Of a DNA stretch of 51,735 nucleotides, positions 36,967-45,884 are shown in pieces. A program made the translations under genes and the position numbers. The notes below the pieces were generated by a model. The model searched no databases. It saw only the letters and a program-made list of their open reading frames with translations, and had not been told where the DNA came from. The stretch's first letter is position 1. Each line of letters opens with the position of its first letter. The stretch is from a virus. Taxonomy: Duplodnaviria > Caudoviricetes. The stretch is from positions 1 to 51,735 of IMG/VR virus record IMGVR_UViG_3300030329_001756, one strand, 5' to 3'.

Positions 36967-38463
36967 CTACATCCTTGTTCCCGGTGTAAATTCTAATTGA
37001 AAACCTTTTAATGTAATAGGTGGATTGCTTGATGTATCATCAATTTTAACAACTGCTGTAAATCCACTTCCTTCTATAGGTTGTCTAACGATTGGGAAAC
37101 CTTCTGATCCATAAACTCCTGAACCATACGTTGTTCCTCCATACAAAGCGTGTGAAACCTGAGTAGTAAGATTGTAATTTGCTGGTTGCGGAATATCAGC
37201 ATTCTCAAAATCAAATTTAACACCTAACATAAGGTCTACTTCACCCTCTGAATCATAATTAACATTTATTCTTTGCATATTTTTACGAATACCAGCATCA
37301 CCTAATGTAAGATCAGGAGAACGATAAGATGCTCGTATATTAGTTCCTGCAAAAGTGTTACCGCTTTCTTGTTGATATACATAGCCATCATATCCGCCAT
37401 GCACAACTACTTCATCATTACTTATATAATAAGAATCACAACAAGAAGGTTTAATTCCTTTTAAATCTGCCCATTCCCAGCCTATACCACCTTGAGGAGT
37501 TGCTTTAATAACACCTATAATACCTTTTGCTGCTTTTTCAATGCCGTTTGTTGAAGGAGTAAATAAACGATATTGGCTTTTTTCTCTTATAACAACAGAA
37601 CTAATTCTGTCTAATATAACATCTTCAAATCTTCTTTGAATAGGTTTAGAAATAGAACCTAATTCAATATCGCCAATCCTAGCAGTACCTTGCACTGTGC
37701 GAATACCATCAGGACCGAGAAACGCTAGATCACCTCCTATCTCCTGTATGCTAAATCCATCTAAGCAGCCAATATGTCTAGAAATATTTTCGATAGCAAA
37801 AGAAGCTAATCCGCTTCCTGTAAGCTTAAATATTCTATCTTGGCAAAAGATGAAAAGGTTATCACGAAAAACTTTTAATCCTGTTACATTATCATCAACT
37901 TTAATAGAACCAGCACCATTCGATGCTTGAAAATCATCTTCATTAAACGGTGCAGAAAAAACTATTTCTTGCGGATTTGAAGACATTCCTGCATAAAACA
38001 TATGGCTTCTAAACGAAGCTACGTGTTGAGCATCTGTAGGAACACCACTTGCAGTGATTGTAGCAACAGTATTTCCAGTAAGAACGCGAGGATTATCTGC
38101 TCCATTTACAAGAATAAGTTTTTCCGTATTTTCGTAATTGAATCTTTCTCCCATGTACCTTCCGCTTGCATTAAGACCTGTTTCAAGATTTGTCCAAGAA
38201 CTTCCTGCGCTACGAGCTAATGTACCGTTTGAGATAGCAAATACTTGATCATTATAAACAAACACACCTTGAACAGTGTTGCTACCGTTTACTTGAGAAG
38301 AAGAATATTTTGAAGTTCCTTCAAGTCTTCTATACCCACCAAGAATTGACGGTTCAAAATTATTTAAAATTGAAGCCGCTCCCGGCGGCATTGAGTAAAC
38401 GTCTTGATCAAGAATAAGTCCACCACTGACTGTAACAATACTGGAAGTAATTTGTTGTGTCAT
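36967..38463 (-). CDS. tail tubular protein B / nozzle
   Basis: NFEPSILGGYRR; beta-propeller-like; gene position. Confidence 0.75.
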   Translation of the reverse strand: MTQQITSSIVTVSGGLILDQDVYSMPPGAASILNNFEPSILGGYRRLEGTSKYSSSQVNGSNTVQGVFVYNDQVFAISNGTLARSAGSSWTNLETGLNASGRYMGERFNYENTEKLILVNGADNPRVLTGNTVATITASGVPTDAQHVASFRSHMFYAGMSSNPQEIVFSAPFNEDDFQASNGAGSIKVDDNVTGLKVFRDNLFIFCQDRIFKLTGSGLASFAIENISRHIGCLDGFSIQEIGGDLAFLGPDGIRTVQGTARIGDIELGSISKPIQRRFEDVILDRISSVVIREKSQYRLFTPSTNGIEKAAKGIIGVIKATPQGGIGWEWADLKGIKPSCCDSYYISNDEVVVHGGYDGYVYQQESGNTFAGTNIRASYRSPDLTLGDAGIRKNMQRINVNYDSEGEVDLMLGVKFDFENADIPQPANYNLTTQVSHALYGGTTYGSGVYGSEGFPIVRQPIEGSGFTAVVKIDDTSSNPPITLKGFQLEFTPGTRM

Positions 38464-39506
38464 TAGATATGTAATCCTGACGCAAATATATAATTTCTTT
38501 TATTAATAAGTTCAACCCTCATTCTAGATAAACCTTCTTTATAATCTTTTTCAGATAATTGGGCTGCGGGCATATTAGCTCTTACAATGTGAAGATAGTA
38601 CTTTCCTCTGTTTACAATTACATCGTCATATCGTGAAGGAAGATCAGGAGTATCGTCGTGTGCATCCAAATCAGTGTGAGTTTTGTAGTACTCGTATCTT
38701 ACGCTTAAAGTGCTTCTGTCTGGAACAGGACTAAGACCGTACTTATCGTCAAATGTTTCGTACACATACTCAGGAGTACCAAATTGTTCTTTTTGAGTAG
38801 GGTCTAAATCTCTAGCTGAAAACTTATCGTACCACTCTTCATACGACAGAAATTTTAATTGTCTTGGCGGCGTATCTTCAGATACTTCAACATTGTCTAC
38901 ATCGTAGTTAGCAGATGCAGAGTTAACAAAACCTACATATGTTGTAGTTGTTGTAGCAGCAAACTTAATAGCATGATACTGCCCATCACCTAAATCATCA
39001 ACACTTAATGTTTGTGTGTCTATTTGAGTTCCTCCAGAACCTGTTCCTATGTTCAAAGTAATATCGCCTCCAAATGTACGACATCTTAAAACATATTGTT
39101 TGTTTACTACAGTGCTGAATGACTGTTCTGCACCAGCGGAGTTAAGTCTCATAACACCGGATGAATGAGCAGGAGTGCCAGATGTTGTAGACCAAGAATT
39201 AATGTTAGAGTCAAACGTGCCGTTTGTAATAAGATTAGTTGGAATAAGAATAAACGTACCCATCTTAACTTTTCTAGCATCAGAAGGAAAGCTATATTCT
39301 TGTGTTCCAGCAGTAAGAGAATCAGTCTTATCGCTATGTATAAAAGGCCACTCTACTTCAGAATTGTAGATATCGTGAACACTTTTATTAACCATGTTCT
39401 TTGCGATAGTCTGAATACCTCTAGAACTCGTAAAATTACCTGATGTAAGTTCAGGTTCGTTTAGCTCGTTAAGTATTCTATTCGTTAGTGATAGAAATGT
39501 AGCCAT
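38463..39506 (-). CDS. tail tubular protein A / adaptor with inserted CBM-like domain
   Basis: TFLSLTNRILNELNE..EWPF..GTQEY; insert NLITNGTFDS...VDNVEV. Confidence 0.75.
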   Translation of the reverse strand: MATFLSLTNRILNELNEPELTSGNFTSSRGIQTIAKNMVNKSVHDIYNSEVEWPFIHSDKTDSLTAGTQEYSFPSDARKVKMGTFILIPTNLITNGTFDSNINSWSTTSGTPAHSSGVMRLNSAGAEQSFSTVVNKQYVLRCRTFGGDITLNIGTGSGGTQIDTQTLSVDDLGDGQYHAIKFAATTTTTYVGFVNSASANYDVDNVEVSEDTPPRQLKFLSYEEWYDKFSARDLDPTQKEQFGTPEYVYETFDDKYGLSPVPDRSTLSVRYEYYKTHTDLDAHDDTPDLPSRYDDVIVNRGKYYLHIVRANMPAAQLSEKDYKEGLSRMRVELINKRNYIFASGLHI

Positions 39507-39547
39507 TTTTTATCCATGCTGTTTTAAAAAAATAAAAAGGAATGAAG

Positions 39548-39576
39548 TGTGAGGGAGAAATTAATCTCCCCCACAA
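39548..39576 (-). terminator. stem-loop after the capsid genes
   Basis: GGGAGA-loop-TCTCCC with flanking GTG/CAC. Confidence 0.55.
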
Positions 39577-39587
39577 CAACATGTAAC

Positions 39588-40061
39588 TTAGGCGAACGTA
39601 ACCTTCTGAGATTCGTTATCACCTAAACCGTCATAGTCGGCAACGATAGCCCAAACACGCACAACCGCGTTAATGGCTCCCGTAGCAACAACAACGTCAA
39701 TAGTGTCGGCAGAGGTATAGTTACCGTAACCGATAGAAGTAGTGCCTTGCGACCCTGCACCAGCTTGGGCGCGAATAGGAACAAGGTTGGTGTTAGCGAT
39801 AGTCTGAGCGGTAACGTAACGATCCACATCATCGCCATCTCCAAGCGAAACCGTGCCACTGTTGCCAGCGGAATCAGCGGTCATAACTTCAAGACCAGCA
39901 GTAACAACGTAGGTGTTAGCGGGAAGTTCGATGCACTCAAACACATCGTTTGCAGCGTTAGTCGTAGAGCTAAAATCTACGACCACGCTAAGTAGTTTGA
40001 CATCAACGGCATTTGAGGTAATACCAGTGCTGCCACCACCTGTAATAGTATAAGTAGCCAT
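39588..40061 (-). CDS. capsid-associated (decoration/minor capsid) protein
   Basis: Follows the major capsid gene; beta-rich; strong SD. Confidence 0.6.
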   Translation of the reverse strand: MATYTITGGGSTGITSNAVDVKLLSVVVDFSSTTNAANDVFECIELPANTYVVTAGLEVMTADSAGNSGTVSLGDGDDVDRYVTAQTIANTNLVPIRAQAGAGSQGTTSIGYGNYTSADTIDVVVATGAINAVVRVWAIVADYDGLGDNESQKVTFA

Positions 40062-40078
40062 TTTCTAGTACTCCTCTC

Positions 40079-41029
40079 TTAACTGTCTAAGTCCATCAAA
40101 CCCTTGAACGCACCCTTGAAGCCCGTGCCACTGCCCTTGAGAACCTTACGTCCGAAAACGTGAAGACCTCTAACAATGTCAGCAAAGCTGTCAGGGTCAC
40201 GAATCACTTCTGTCTTGGCAATGTGAGAAGCCGTAACAACAGCACTCTTATGCCCGTACAGAATAAGCGTCTGACCGGAAGTTGAAGACGAACCAAACGT
40301 GTGCGTAGCCGCAGAACCCGTAGAACCAACTGCAATAGCGTTGGACTGATACAGGTCGAAACCATGCAACTGTTGGGCAGTTACCTTGCCGTTCAAGAGA
40401 GGCGAGGAACCGCCACCCGTGACCGACATGTCCATAACCTTAGACGAAGCGCCTCTAAGAACTTCGTAGAACTGCGGCGGTGCCACAAGCCAACGATTTT
40501 CTTCAGGAACGTCGTTTTCGTCAAGATTACGAGCAGCCTGTGCAACAAGATTAGCAACTTCATCACCAGTGTTGGCGGAAGTGCCTTGCGTTGCAAGAGT
40601 ACCACTGGAAGCAGCGGCATTGTCGTAAATGTTCTTGAGAACATTATAGTCGAACGCTTTCTTCAGCGAGTAAGCACCCGATGAAGTGGAAAGCGATTCA
40701 AAGTTAAGATGACTGTGACGCTCTTCAATGTCATCGACCTTAAAGGCAAAGTAGTTGCCCTGATCGACAACCAGTTGAATCTGGTCATCAGACAAGTCTT
40801 CCGTATTTACCGTCGAACCTCTAGCATAAGAACGGACCGTGATGGACGGTTCTTTGATGATGTTCACGGTATCGCCAAAATTCTCAATTTCACCAGCATA
40901 GTCGGTATTGGTGATTGCTTCAGCTACCGATGCGCGTCGGAAAAACTTGAGAACTTTTTGGCTGTAAATTGTAGGTACAAAATTACCAGACGGTAAATTC
41001 TGATACCCACCAGCGCGAGTAAAAGCCAT
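40079..41029 (-). CDS. major capsid protein (HMO-2011/P22-coat-like)
   Basis: NLPSGNFVPTIYS, ITNTDYAGEI..GDTVNIIKEP, FADIVRGLHVFGRKVL. Confidence 0.9.
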   Translation of the reverse strand: MAFTRAGGYQNLPSGNFVPTIYSQKVLKFFRRASVAEAITNTDYAGEIENFGDTVNIIKEPSITVRSYARGSTVNTEDLSDDQIQLVVDQGNYFAFKVDDIEERHSHLNFESLSTSSGAYSLKKAFDYNVLKNIYDNAAASSGTLATQGTSANTGDEVANLVAQAARNLDENDVPEENRWLVAPPQFYEVLRGASSKVMDMSVTGGGSSPLLNGKVTAQQLHGFDLYQSNAIAVGSTGSAATHTFGSSSTSGQTLILYGHKSAVVTASHIAKTEVIRDPDSFADIVRGLHVFGRKVLKGSGTGFKGAFKGLMDLDS

Positions 41030-41059
41030 TTTGCTTCTCCTTTGATTTTTGGTTAAATG

Positions 41060-41905
41060 TTAAATTGAGTCAACGATACGCCCGTCACGGGCAGCAGCGT
41101 CAATCTCTTTCTCTAGTTTTTCATATTCCCACGGTTTGAGGCGGGAGATTTCTTCAATAGTCCAAACTTTCTTATCAGAACCTAAAGGCTCTAAACCTTT
41201 ACTGGTTCTTGTAACAGCTTGTGCAGCTTGTGCATTAGACTGTCTAGAATTAGAACGAGTAGACTTTGATTGACCGATATCAGCTTTATAAAGATCAATT
41301 ACTCTAGCGGCCCATTTTACATCTGAACTGTTGTGGTACACACCATCAGATATACTTTCAGGTTGTTCTTCAAGCCAGTTGATAAAGTTTTCGTCAGTTT
41401 TAAGTTCGTTGAAATCTGGATGAAGTGCAAGAAGTTGTTTTTCTGAAGTAATTCTTTCAGCTTCTACTTCTTTTTCTTTTAGATATTCAAGTTGATCTTC
41501 AACTTCCTTTACTTTATCTTGTGCTTTAAGAGTAGAGATAGTTTCAACTACATCGTAGACATCAGGATATTGATCTCTAAAAGTATCTAATTCTTCCCGT
41601 GTCTTTGGAAGCTCTTGAGCAACATTAACAGGTTGTTCAGCCATTTTAAGCTTTGCTTCCATAATCTCTCGATTTTGACGCCATTCGTTAAGTTTGGAAT
41701 CGTAGTGTTTCTTGAGATCGTCGTAACGCTTTTTGTAGTCGTGTTCCTCTTTTTGAATTACACCATCAGACTTTCTAGGAGTAGCCGCTTGTTCAACAGC
41801 GGGGTCCAGTTCGTCTTCATCTGGTTCGCTCAATGTTCGCCTGTACTCATTTTCATATGGGGTAGGCTCTAGTAATTCTTCTTCTTGTGTAGTATCATCG
41901 GTCAT
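41060..41905 (-). CDS. capsid scaffolding protein
   Basis: YKKRYDDLK, HPDF..F..W, C-terminal EIDAAARDGRI; start ATG 41905 with SD AGGAG. Confidence 0.8.
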   Translation of the reverse strand: MTDDTTQEEELLEPTPYENEYRRTLSEPDEDELDPAVEQAATPRKSDGVIQKEEHDYKKRYDDLKKHYDSKLNEWRQNREIMEAKLKMAEQPVNVAQELPKTREELDTFRDQYPDVYDVVETISTLKAQDKVKEVEDQLEYLKEKEVEAERITSEKQLLALHPDFNELKTDENFINWLEEQPESISDGVYHNSSDVKWAARVIDLYKADIGQSKSTRSNSRQSNAQAAQAVTRTSKGLEPLGSDKKVWTIEEISRLKPWEYEKLEKEIDAAARDGRIVDSI

Positions 41906-41924
41906 TTTTATTATCTCCTTTTTC

Positions 41925-42006
41925 TCTGGGGCCGACACGTAGCCGGGTAGCCGTTCAGAGGAGTAGTGTTAATTAGCGGGGCCAATATTGTATCGGGTAG
42001 CCGCTC
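41925..42006 (-). promoter_or_regulatory. twin hairpins in the scaffold leader
   Basis: Two copies of CGGCTACCCG-(stem-loop)-GGCCCC. Confidence 0.6.
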
Positions 42007-42055
42007 CGTTTAAAGACTTTCTTCAGTCTTATCTATGTTATGTGTCGGTTGTGCG

Positions 42056-43429
42056 CTATTTATTTTTTCTTGCAGCAGCCCAACGCATAGTGTTTATCTT
42101 TTTTAGTCCGTTATCAGTAAATCCTATATCAACATGTATTCCAGTACCATGTTCAAAGTCTTTAGTGATTAAGTAATCTTTGTTTTCTTCAAGACCGTAA
42201 TTATTTTTAAGTTTTTTTATTAGGTCTTTCGTATATTTTTTATAATCTTTTACTTTGTTTGTTTTATATGTAAAATCAAGTTTAGTTCCTCTTAGATGTC
42301 TACTGGGTGGTTTCCCTGCTTTTTTTCGATCATCATAATAAGAACCATGATGAAATTTATCATTTTGTGCAGTAACTCTACCAAATTTATTAGGTAAACT
42401 TTTTTGAATTTCACCAGCCATCCAAGTAACATCAGGATCGTTATATCTTCCCAGATCAATAGAATCTGTACCTAAATAATCTTTATCCCACTTTTTTTGT
42501 CCACCTTTAAATGCTTGACCACCTAACCGAGATAATTCAGAATAGTATTTTACGCCTAAATCTCTTAGAGTTTTATCTCCAAATTTTTCTGTTTTAACTC
42601 TTAAATCTAAAACTGATTCTGGAAGTATGTCCATAATATCAACATTAAGTTCTTTCTCTTCAAATTCACCTGTTTTCCAAGAACCCGGATTGTGTTCAAC
42701 AGAGACTAACTGTTTTTCTATGTCAGTAGGTAGTTCCACAAATCCTCCTTCATCAAATTTTAACTTCAACCTTGCATAACCTTCTTTATTTCCTCCAGAA
42801 GTAGAAGCTCCTATAGATGCTTCTCCGCGATTATTAAGAAATTTACGTTTTAATTCAGCACGATACGTATTTTTAGGTTTTCCGTGTGGTGGCATTACTT
42901 TTTCAGCACCTACGCTACCAAAATAATCTCCAAAATTTTTACCAACATTAAAATCATACTTTTTTTGACCTGATGGATTTTCTTTTTCAAAACCTAAATC
43001 TAAAGTACCGTCTTCTAAAAATTTTAAACCTAATCTGCCTTTTAAAGAACTTCCCTCTCTTTTAGATTTAAACCAAGCATTAGTAAAATTTTCATTTCCT
43101 TTAACATATTCTATTAACAATTTTTCAACATCATTTTCACGATCAGAAGGTACATTATATTCTGCCATTAAACTATTTACAGCACGTTTTACAGTTTCTT
43201 CATAATCATTAACTTTAAATGTTTCTTTTCCAGACGATCTTCCTGCTTGTCCTTGAATACTTCCTTTTCCTACAGGAATTTTAATTCCTACACTAACATC
43301 ATATTTATTTTTCTTTGTACTAAAAGGTCTAGATTCAGATGGTGCTTTATGTTTTGATCCGTATCTATAATTAAATCTTGGAATAAAAAGAGGTTTATCT
43401 TGAGCTACTAAATCACCATCTTTATAGGC
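42056..43429 (-). CDS. -1 frame extension: beta-barrel-like region plus peptidase M15-like domain
   Basis: Frame is open for 87 codons upstream of ATG 43168 with no start codon; SRHLRGTKLD...IHVD Zn motif. Confidence 0.7.
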   Translation of the reverse strand, partial: AYKDGDLVAQDKPLFIPRFNYRYGSKHKAPSESRPFSTKKNKYDVSVGIKIPVGKGSIQGQAGRSSGKETFKVNDYEETVKRAVNSLMAEYNVPSDRENDVEKLLIEYVKGNENFTNAWFKSKREGSSLKGRLGLKFLEDGTLDLGFEKENPSGQKKYDFNVGKNFGDYFGSVGAEKVMPPHGKPKNTYRAELKRKFLNNRGEASIGASTSGGNKEGYARLKLKFDEGGFVELPTDIEKQLVSVEHNPGSWKTGEFEEKELNVDIMDILPESVLDLRVKTEKFGDKTLRDLGVKYYSELSRLGGQAFKGGQKKWDKDYLGTDSIDLGRYNDPDVTWMAGEIQKSLPNKFGRVTAQNDKFHHGSYYDDRKKAGKPPSRHLRGTKLDFTYKTNKVKDYKKYTKDLIKKLKNNYGLEENKDYLITKDFEHGTGIHVDIGFTDNGLKKINTMRWAAARKNK

Positions 43430-44121
43430 TTTTTTTTTACAAGACCTCCACCTCTCATATCCAAAGTCTGTTTTTCCATAGTCTTTGTAGGAGGTTGTAA
43501 AGGATTGTTAAAACCGGGATTGTCCACATTACCAACACCTTGCATTGGAACGTATCCACCGCCTTTCATCATAGGCATAGCTGGTGCTTGTTGAGGCATA
43601 GCTAGTGCTTCTTCAGGCAATTCTTCTTGCGGAGGAATTTCAGGCATTGCAGCACCTAAACCTTCAACATCCTCGCTTGGTCTTTCCATGAACCCGTCAT
43701 TTCTTCCTGCTTCAAGTTGCGCTCTAAATTCTAATCCTTTTTCACGTAAAGCATTCAAAACGTCCATTCCTATGTACGGAATCAGTTCTTGAGGAACACG
43801 ATATTCATAATTAGAGATTTGAATAGGAACTTCATCTTGTGGATCAATTTCTTCTACTTGTATATCATCCTGTTCAGCAGCAGAAGCAGCTTCAAGAATC
43901 ATATTGTTTATTTCTTCAAATCCTACAAACAGAATAGTCTCGTAAGGAAGGATAAAATCACCTTCTTTAGCAGTAGCAGAAACATCGTCTTCCATAGATG
44001 CTACACCCTCATCAGGTAAAGCACCTTCAGCTTCATTCACCATTCCCGGTTCTAAAGCATCCCCTTCTAATAAGGGCGCTGGCGGTGCATTCATCATTTC
44101 TGGTCTGTCCATTAGTGCCAT
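43408..44121 (-). CDS. acidic head-module protein ending at a slippery site
   Basis: Repeated DDVSATAKEGDFILP / DEVPIQISNYEYRVP units; GTA AAA AAA AAG near the end. Confidence 0.75.
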   Translation of the reverse strand: MALMDRPEMMNAPPAPLLEGDALEPGMVNEAEGALPDEGVASMEDDVSATAKEGDFILPYETILFVGFEEINNMILEAASAAEQDDIQVEEIDPQDEVPIQISNYEYRVPQELIPYIGMDVLNALREKGLEFRAQLEAGRNDGFMERPSEDVEGLGAAMPEIPPQEELPEEALAMPQQAPAMPMMKGGGYVPMQGVGNVDNPGFNNPLQPPTKTMEKQTLDMRGGGLVKKKPIKMVI

Positions 44122-44169
44122 TTTATTTCTTCCTTTTTGGTTAGTATAAATTTTATATGTATATAGATA

Positions 44170-45651
44170 TTATGCTCCAACATCTTCACCCGCTGGATCA
44201 TCCGCTTCGTCCCCGCCGCCGCCGCCGCCGGGGCCTCCGCTGTCTTCGTCGTCTGCTCCTACGTCTTCTGCTGTTCCAGCCGAGCCAACATCAGGACCAG
44301 TGTCTTCTTCGCTTGGTTCATCTTGATCAGGATCACCATCGTCGGTTGTAGAGGTATCTTCTTCCTGTTGTTGTACAACTTGTACTATTTGAGGAAGAAC
44401 AGGTTCTTCAGGATCAATAGTGCCAGCCCAAACATCTCCATACGGATTAGCTAAAGTTTTTAAATCATAATAATAACTTGCGCCACCAGTAAACAAATTC
44501 ATTCTATAAAATGATGCTGGGTCCATTCCTACTGGTACATCAAAAGTTCCTGATCCTGTCTGACCTACAAGCTTTCTATGTTCGTTTCTTAAATCTTGAA
44601 TACTGTTAATCATTCTGTTATTGATAACAAGCTTACCACTAATAGGATCAATTCTCATAGGAACATCGAAATGTTGAAAAAGACGTACAGCTTGATCCAT
44701 CAAATTACCGGGATCAATAGCTGAACTAGGGTCGTATTGTAAGCCAAACTCAGGTGTAAAATCTTCAAATTCGTCAATTTGAGCTTGTCTTTCTTCGTAT
44801 ATTCTCATAGCTTCTTCAAATTCAGCTAACTCTTGTTCATATCCCTCTCTAATTGAATCAGGCGTTTGTGACCACGTTGTCCACGCTGGATTATCATAAT
44901 TTATGTCTTGATATCCAATCTTCTCGACCATTCCCCAATCGCCCTCACCATATTCTTCATAGTCTTCATAGGTATAAGGTTCTCTTTTTGTAATGTATCT
45001 AGCAGGCTCTGGACCTCTAGCAAAATCTTCAGGAACATCAGGAGCAATTGGTTTAATATTCTTTAAAGAAACCCAACCTTCAGGAGCAATGAATCCTTCG
45101 TGAGGCGCTCTTACTACTTGCCTAGTAGTAGGATTAAAATAAATTTCTTCTTGTTCTCCTACCGTAACGCCTTGATCAGGAGCAGTAAACCCAGCGTCAT
45201 CCCACGTAACAGTTCTATAGTTAGCTCCTTGTTCTGGAGTTTTTAATGAAAATCCTGTTCCTCCTTTTTCAGTTCCAAGAAACTCTTGACCAAGCAAATC
45301 AAGAGATTTTTGCCAATCTAGTTTTTCATAGTCAAAATAAGGGTTAATACCGGAAACAGACGGTAAAGTTGGAAAAAGTGAATCAGTATACTTTTCCTTT
45401 CGTGGTTCTGAATAAGGTTTGTACATTGCATCTTTTTGTTCTTGAGTAGGTGCAGTAACAAACGATTTTTGTTTTAACGGTCCAGTAACATATTTTTTAG
45501 TAAGAGGAAGACTAGGATCAACGTAGCCGGGTGTAGCAGACATATCAGGAGCGACGTTCATAACATCACCCTTTTTCCTTTTCATAAAAGGTCTATTTTT
45601 TACTTTACTGTATGTATCAAAATACGAAGGATATATGTTAGGGTCTGCCAT
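44170..45651 (-). CDS. hypothetical virion-module protein
   Basis: 493 aa; acidic Gly-rich tail. Confidence 0.6.
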   Translation of the reverse strand: MADPNIYPSYFDTYSKVKNRPFMKRKKGDVMNVAPDMSATPGYVDPSLPLTKKYVTGPLKQKSFVTAPTQEQKDAMYKPYSEPRKEKYTDSLFPTLPSVSGINPYFDYEKLDWQKSLDLLGQEFLGTEKGGTGFSLKTPEQGANYRTVTWDDAGFTAPDQGVTVGEQEEIYFNPTTRQVVRAPHEGFIAPEGWVSLKNIKPIAPDVPEDFARGPEPARYITKREPYTYEDYEEYGEGDWGMVEKIGYQDINYDNPAWTTWSQTPDSIREGYEQELAEFEEAMRIYEERQAQIDEFEDFTPEFGLQYDPSSAIDPGNLMDQAVRLFQHFDVPMRIDPISGKLVINNRMINSIQDLRNEHRKLVGQTGSGTFDVPVGMDPASFYRMNLFTGGASYYYDLKTLANPYGDVWAGTIDPEEPVLPQIVQVVQQQEEDTSTTDDGDPDQDEPSEEDTGPDVGSAGTAEDVGADDEDSGGPGGGGGGDEADDPAGEDVGA

Positions 45652-45653
45652 AG

Positions 45654-45884
45654 TTACTTATCACCTTTCCATTTAGAATCTGCTTCAACCGACACCTTGA
45701 GGCTGATCAGTGTTTCCAGCAAAGCCAGCTTCCCCTGCAATCGGCGCATCTCCAATTCCGATTCCGCCACCACCAGTTGCCGCTGCATCATTTGGGCCAA
45801 CTGTTTGAGGTACTCCTCCAGCGGCTCCCATAGCTGGGGGTTGCTGACCAGCGGGAGAAGGTTCTTGGCCTGTTGGTTGTGCAT
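45654..45884 (-). CDS. small conserved protein downstream of portal
   Basis: W..LEEYL...EMRRLQGK..LLETL. Confidence 0.65.
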   Translation of the reverse strand: MHNQQAKNLLPLVSNPQLWEPLEEYLKQLAQMMQRQLVVAESELEMRRLQGKLALLETLISLKVSVEADSKWKGDK

